Made by a program: the position numbers and the translations under genes
Notes under the pieces: generated by a model
Database searches by the model: none
Told to the model about the DNA's origin: nothing
What the model saw: only the letters and a program-made list of their open reading frames with translations
Shown here: piece by piece, positions 62,698 to 64,000 of the stretch
Numbering within the stretch: position 1 is the first letter of the stretch
Layout: each line of letters starts with the position of its first letter
Assembly: GCA_964385615.1 (NCBI GenBank)
Contig: CAYLPP010000005.1
Span: 26,130-90,129, forward strand
DNA length: 64,000 nt
Direction of reading: 5' to 3'
Source of the DNA: an uncultured bacterium
GTDB taxonomy: Bacteria > Omnitrophota > Omnitrophia > Omnitrophales > Aquincolibacteriaceae

Positions 62698-64000
62698 TGA
62701 GCGATCCTTCACAGGTTATCCTTGATCCGCAGGCTTCGCCGATCCGCAAGACGCGCAAGGATTCCATGCTTCTCAATATCGGCCCGTCGCATCCGGCCAT
62801 GCACGGCATTGTGCGGATTGTCACCGAGCTGGACGGCGAAATTGTGGTCAATTCCGATGTTGAAATCGGCTACCTGCACCGTTGTTTTGAAAAAGACGCG
62901 GAGCAGAACGGCTATTTGCAGGTTATTCCCTACACCGACCGCCTGAATTACGTTTCTCCGCTGATCAATAACGTCGGCTACTGCATGGCGGTGGAAAAAC
63001 TTTTCGATCTTAAAGTTACGGAACGCGCGCAATACATCCGCGTTATTATGAGTGAAATTTCCCGCATCACCGACCATTTGACTTGCGTGGGCGCGGCGGC
63101 TATGGAGCTGGGCGCCTTTACCGTTTTCCTTTACATGATTAAAGCGCGCGAATGGTTTTATGAACTTGTGGAGCAGGTGACCGGCGCGCGTTTGACGATT
63201 TCTTATGTGCGCGTGGGCGGGGTGAAAGGTGATCTCCCGGATGATTTTAAGGAAAAGTGCCTAAACCACATTAAAGAAACCCGCAAAGTTCTTAAAGAAT
63301 GCGACGCGCTTTTGACCAAGAACAAAATTTTCGTGGACCGCATGAAGGACGTCGGAATTATTTCAAAAGAAGATGCGCTGTCTTACGGCATCACCGGGCC
63401 TTTCCTGCGTTCGACCGGCGTGGATTACGATGTCCGCCGCGCGGCGCCTTATTTGATTTATGACCGCGTCAATTTTGAGGTTCCGGTTGGGGAGCACGGA
63501 GACAATTTTGACCGTTATCTTTGCCGCGTGGAAGAAATGGAACAAAGTATGCGGATTATCGAGCAGTGCTTTCAGCAGATTCCCGAAGGGCACATTATGC
63601 TCGATACGGAAGGCAAAGTGATTCCTGCTGATCAGTTCCGCGATACCGGAAAATCCGGAAAAATTGAAAACCTTCAGGGGAAATGCGCGAAGTTTGATCC
63701 GACTCTCGAAGGCGCGCATGAAGCCCAATATCCGGAGCTTCAGACGGCCAACAAGCGGGTCATTCTTCCCGCCAAGGAAGACACTTACGGAAATATCGAA
63801 GGTTTAATGAACCATTTTAAAATGATCATGAACGGCCACGGCATCCGCCCGCCCAAAGGCGAAGCTTATATGGCGGTTGAAGGCGCTAACGGAGAACTTG
63901 GTTTTTATGTCGTTTCCGACGGCACCGGCCGGCCTTACCGCGTGCGCGTGCGTCCGCCCTGCTTTGTGATTGTCGCGGCCCTGCCGTTGATGCTTAACGG
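62697..64000 (+). CDS. nuoD: NADH-quinone oxidoreductase subunit D (49 kDa), 3'-truncated by the window end
   Basis: MSDPSQVILDPQ … LLNIGPSHPAMHGIVRIV … RVRVRPPCFVIVAALP. TAATG overlap with nuoC. Absent from the ORF track because no stop lies within the window. Confidence 0.9.
   Translation, partial: MSDPSQVILDPQASPIRKTRKDSMLLNIGPSHPAMHGIVRIVTELDGEIVVNSDVEIGYLHRCFEKDAEQNGYLQVIPYTDRLNYVSPLINNVGYCMAVEKLFDLKVTERAQYIRVIMSEISRITDHLTCVGAAAMELGAFTVFLYMIKAREWFYELVEQVTGARLTISYVRVGGVKGDLPDDFKEKCLNHIKETRKVLKECDALLTKNKIFVDRMKDVGIISKEDALSYGITGPFLRSTGVDYDVRRAAPYLIYDRVNFEVPVGEHGDNFDRYLCRVEEMEQSMRIIEQCFQQIPEGHIMLDTEGKVIPADQFRDTGKSGKIENLQGKCAKFDPTLEGAHEAQYPELQTANKRVILPAKEDTYGNIEGLMNHFKMIMNGHGIRPPKGEAYMAVEGANGELGFYVVSDGTGRPYRVRVRPPCFVIVAALPLMLN

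Noticed and set aside
1-64000. CRISPR arrays, rRNA genes, tRNA genes
   Set aside because: The intergenic regions are few and short (the longest is about 250 nt at 9646-9894, AT-rich, without cloverleaf-compatible stems). No direct-repeat/spacer periodicity was seen and no rRNA-like conserved blocks.

Overview
This 64-kb window is bacterial chromosome, roughly 50% GC, with dense gene packing and frequent start/stop overlaps; the lineage cannot be assigned from sequence alone. There are three parts. (1) nt 1-9650 is a housekeeping stretch. It starts with a cytochrome-oxidase biogenesis cluster: a heme O synthase C-terminal fragment, an ABC-2 transporter pair, SCO1/SenC, a DUF420 protein and a small CxxC membrane protein. 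It continues with leucyl aminopeptidase PepA, RsmB, a glycerophosphodiester phosphodiesterase, TrmJ and PyrE. Two paralogous small secreted proteins also lie here. (2) nt ~9650-56882 is one co-directional glycan-assembly super-locus of about 46.7 kb and about 45 genes, all on the + strand. It opens with an AT-rich promoter region, an excisionase-family HTH gene and a UpxY/NusG-like antiterminator. It contains two paralogous Wzm/Wzt ABC exporters, one of them with Wzm fused to a GT2. It has about 25 glycosyltransferases (about 12 GT4, 9 GT2, 3 GT-C-like, one GT75/RGP-like) and three SAM methyltransferases. It also has an O-acyltransferase, a GT4-polysaccharide-deacetylase fusion, a Wzy_C-type ligase/O-oligosaccharyltransferase-like protein, and a DegT aminotransferase with a hexapeptide acetyltransferase. 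Near the 3' end are a nucleotide-sugar dehydrogenase, SDR epimerase/dehydratases and three GT2->GT-C gene pairs. It ends with a PglC-like monotopic phosphoglycosyltransferase fused to a PglF/CapD-like 4,6-dehydratase. (3) nt 56836-64000 is housekeeping: YgfZ and MutY on the minus strand, then thyA-folA, an MBL hydrolase, a TPR protein and nuoA-B-C-D, with nuoD truncated at the window end. I found no CRISPR array, no rRNA or tRNA gene and no clear mobile element. The most unusual content is the set of enzyme fusions and the plant-type RGP/UDP-arabinopyranose-mutase homologue inside the glycan locus.
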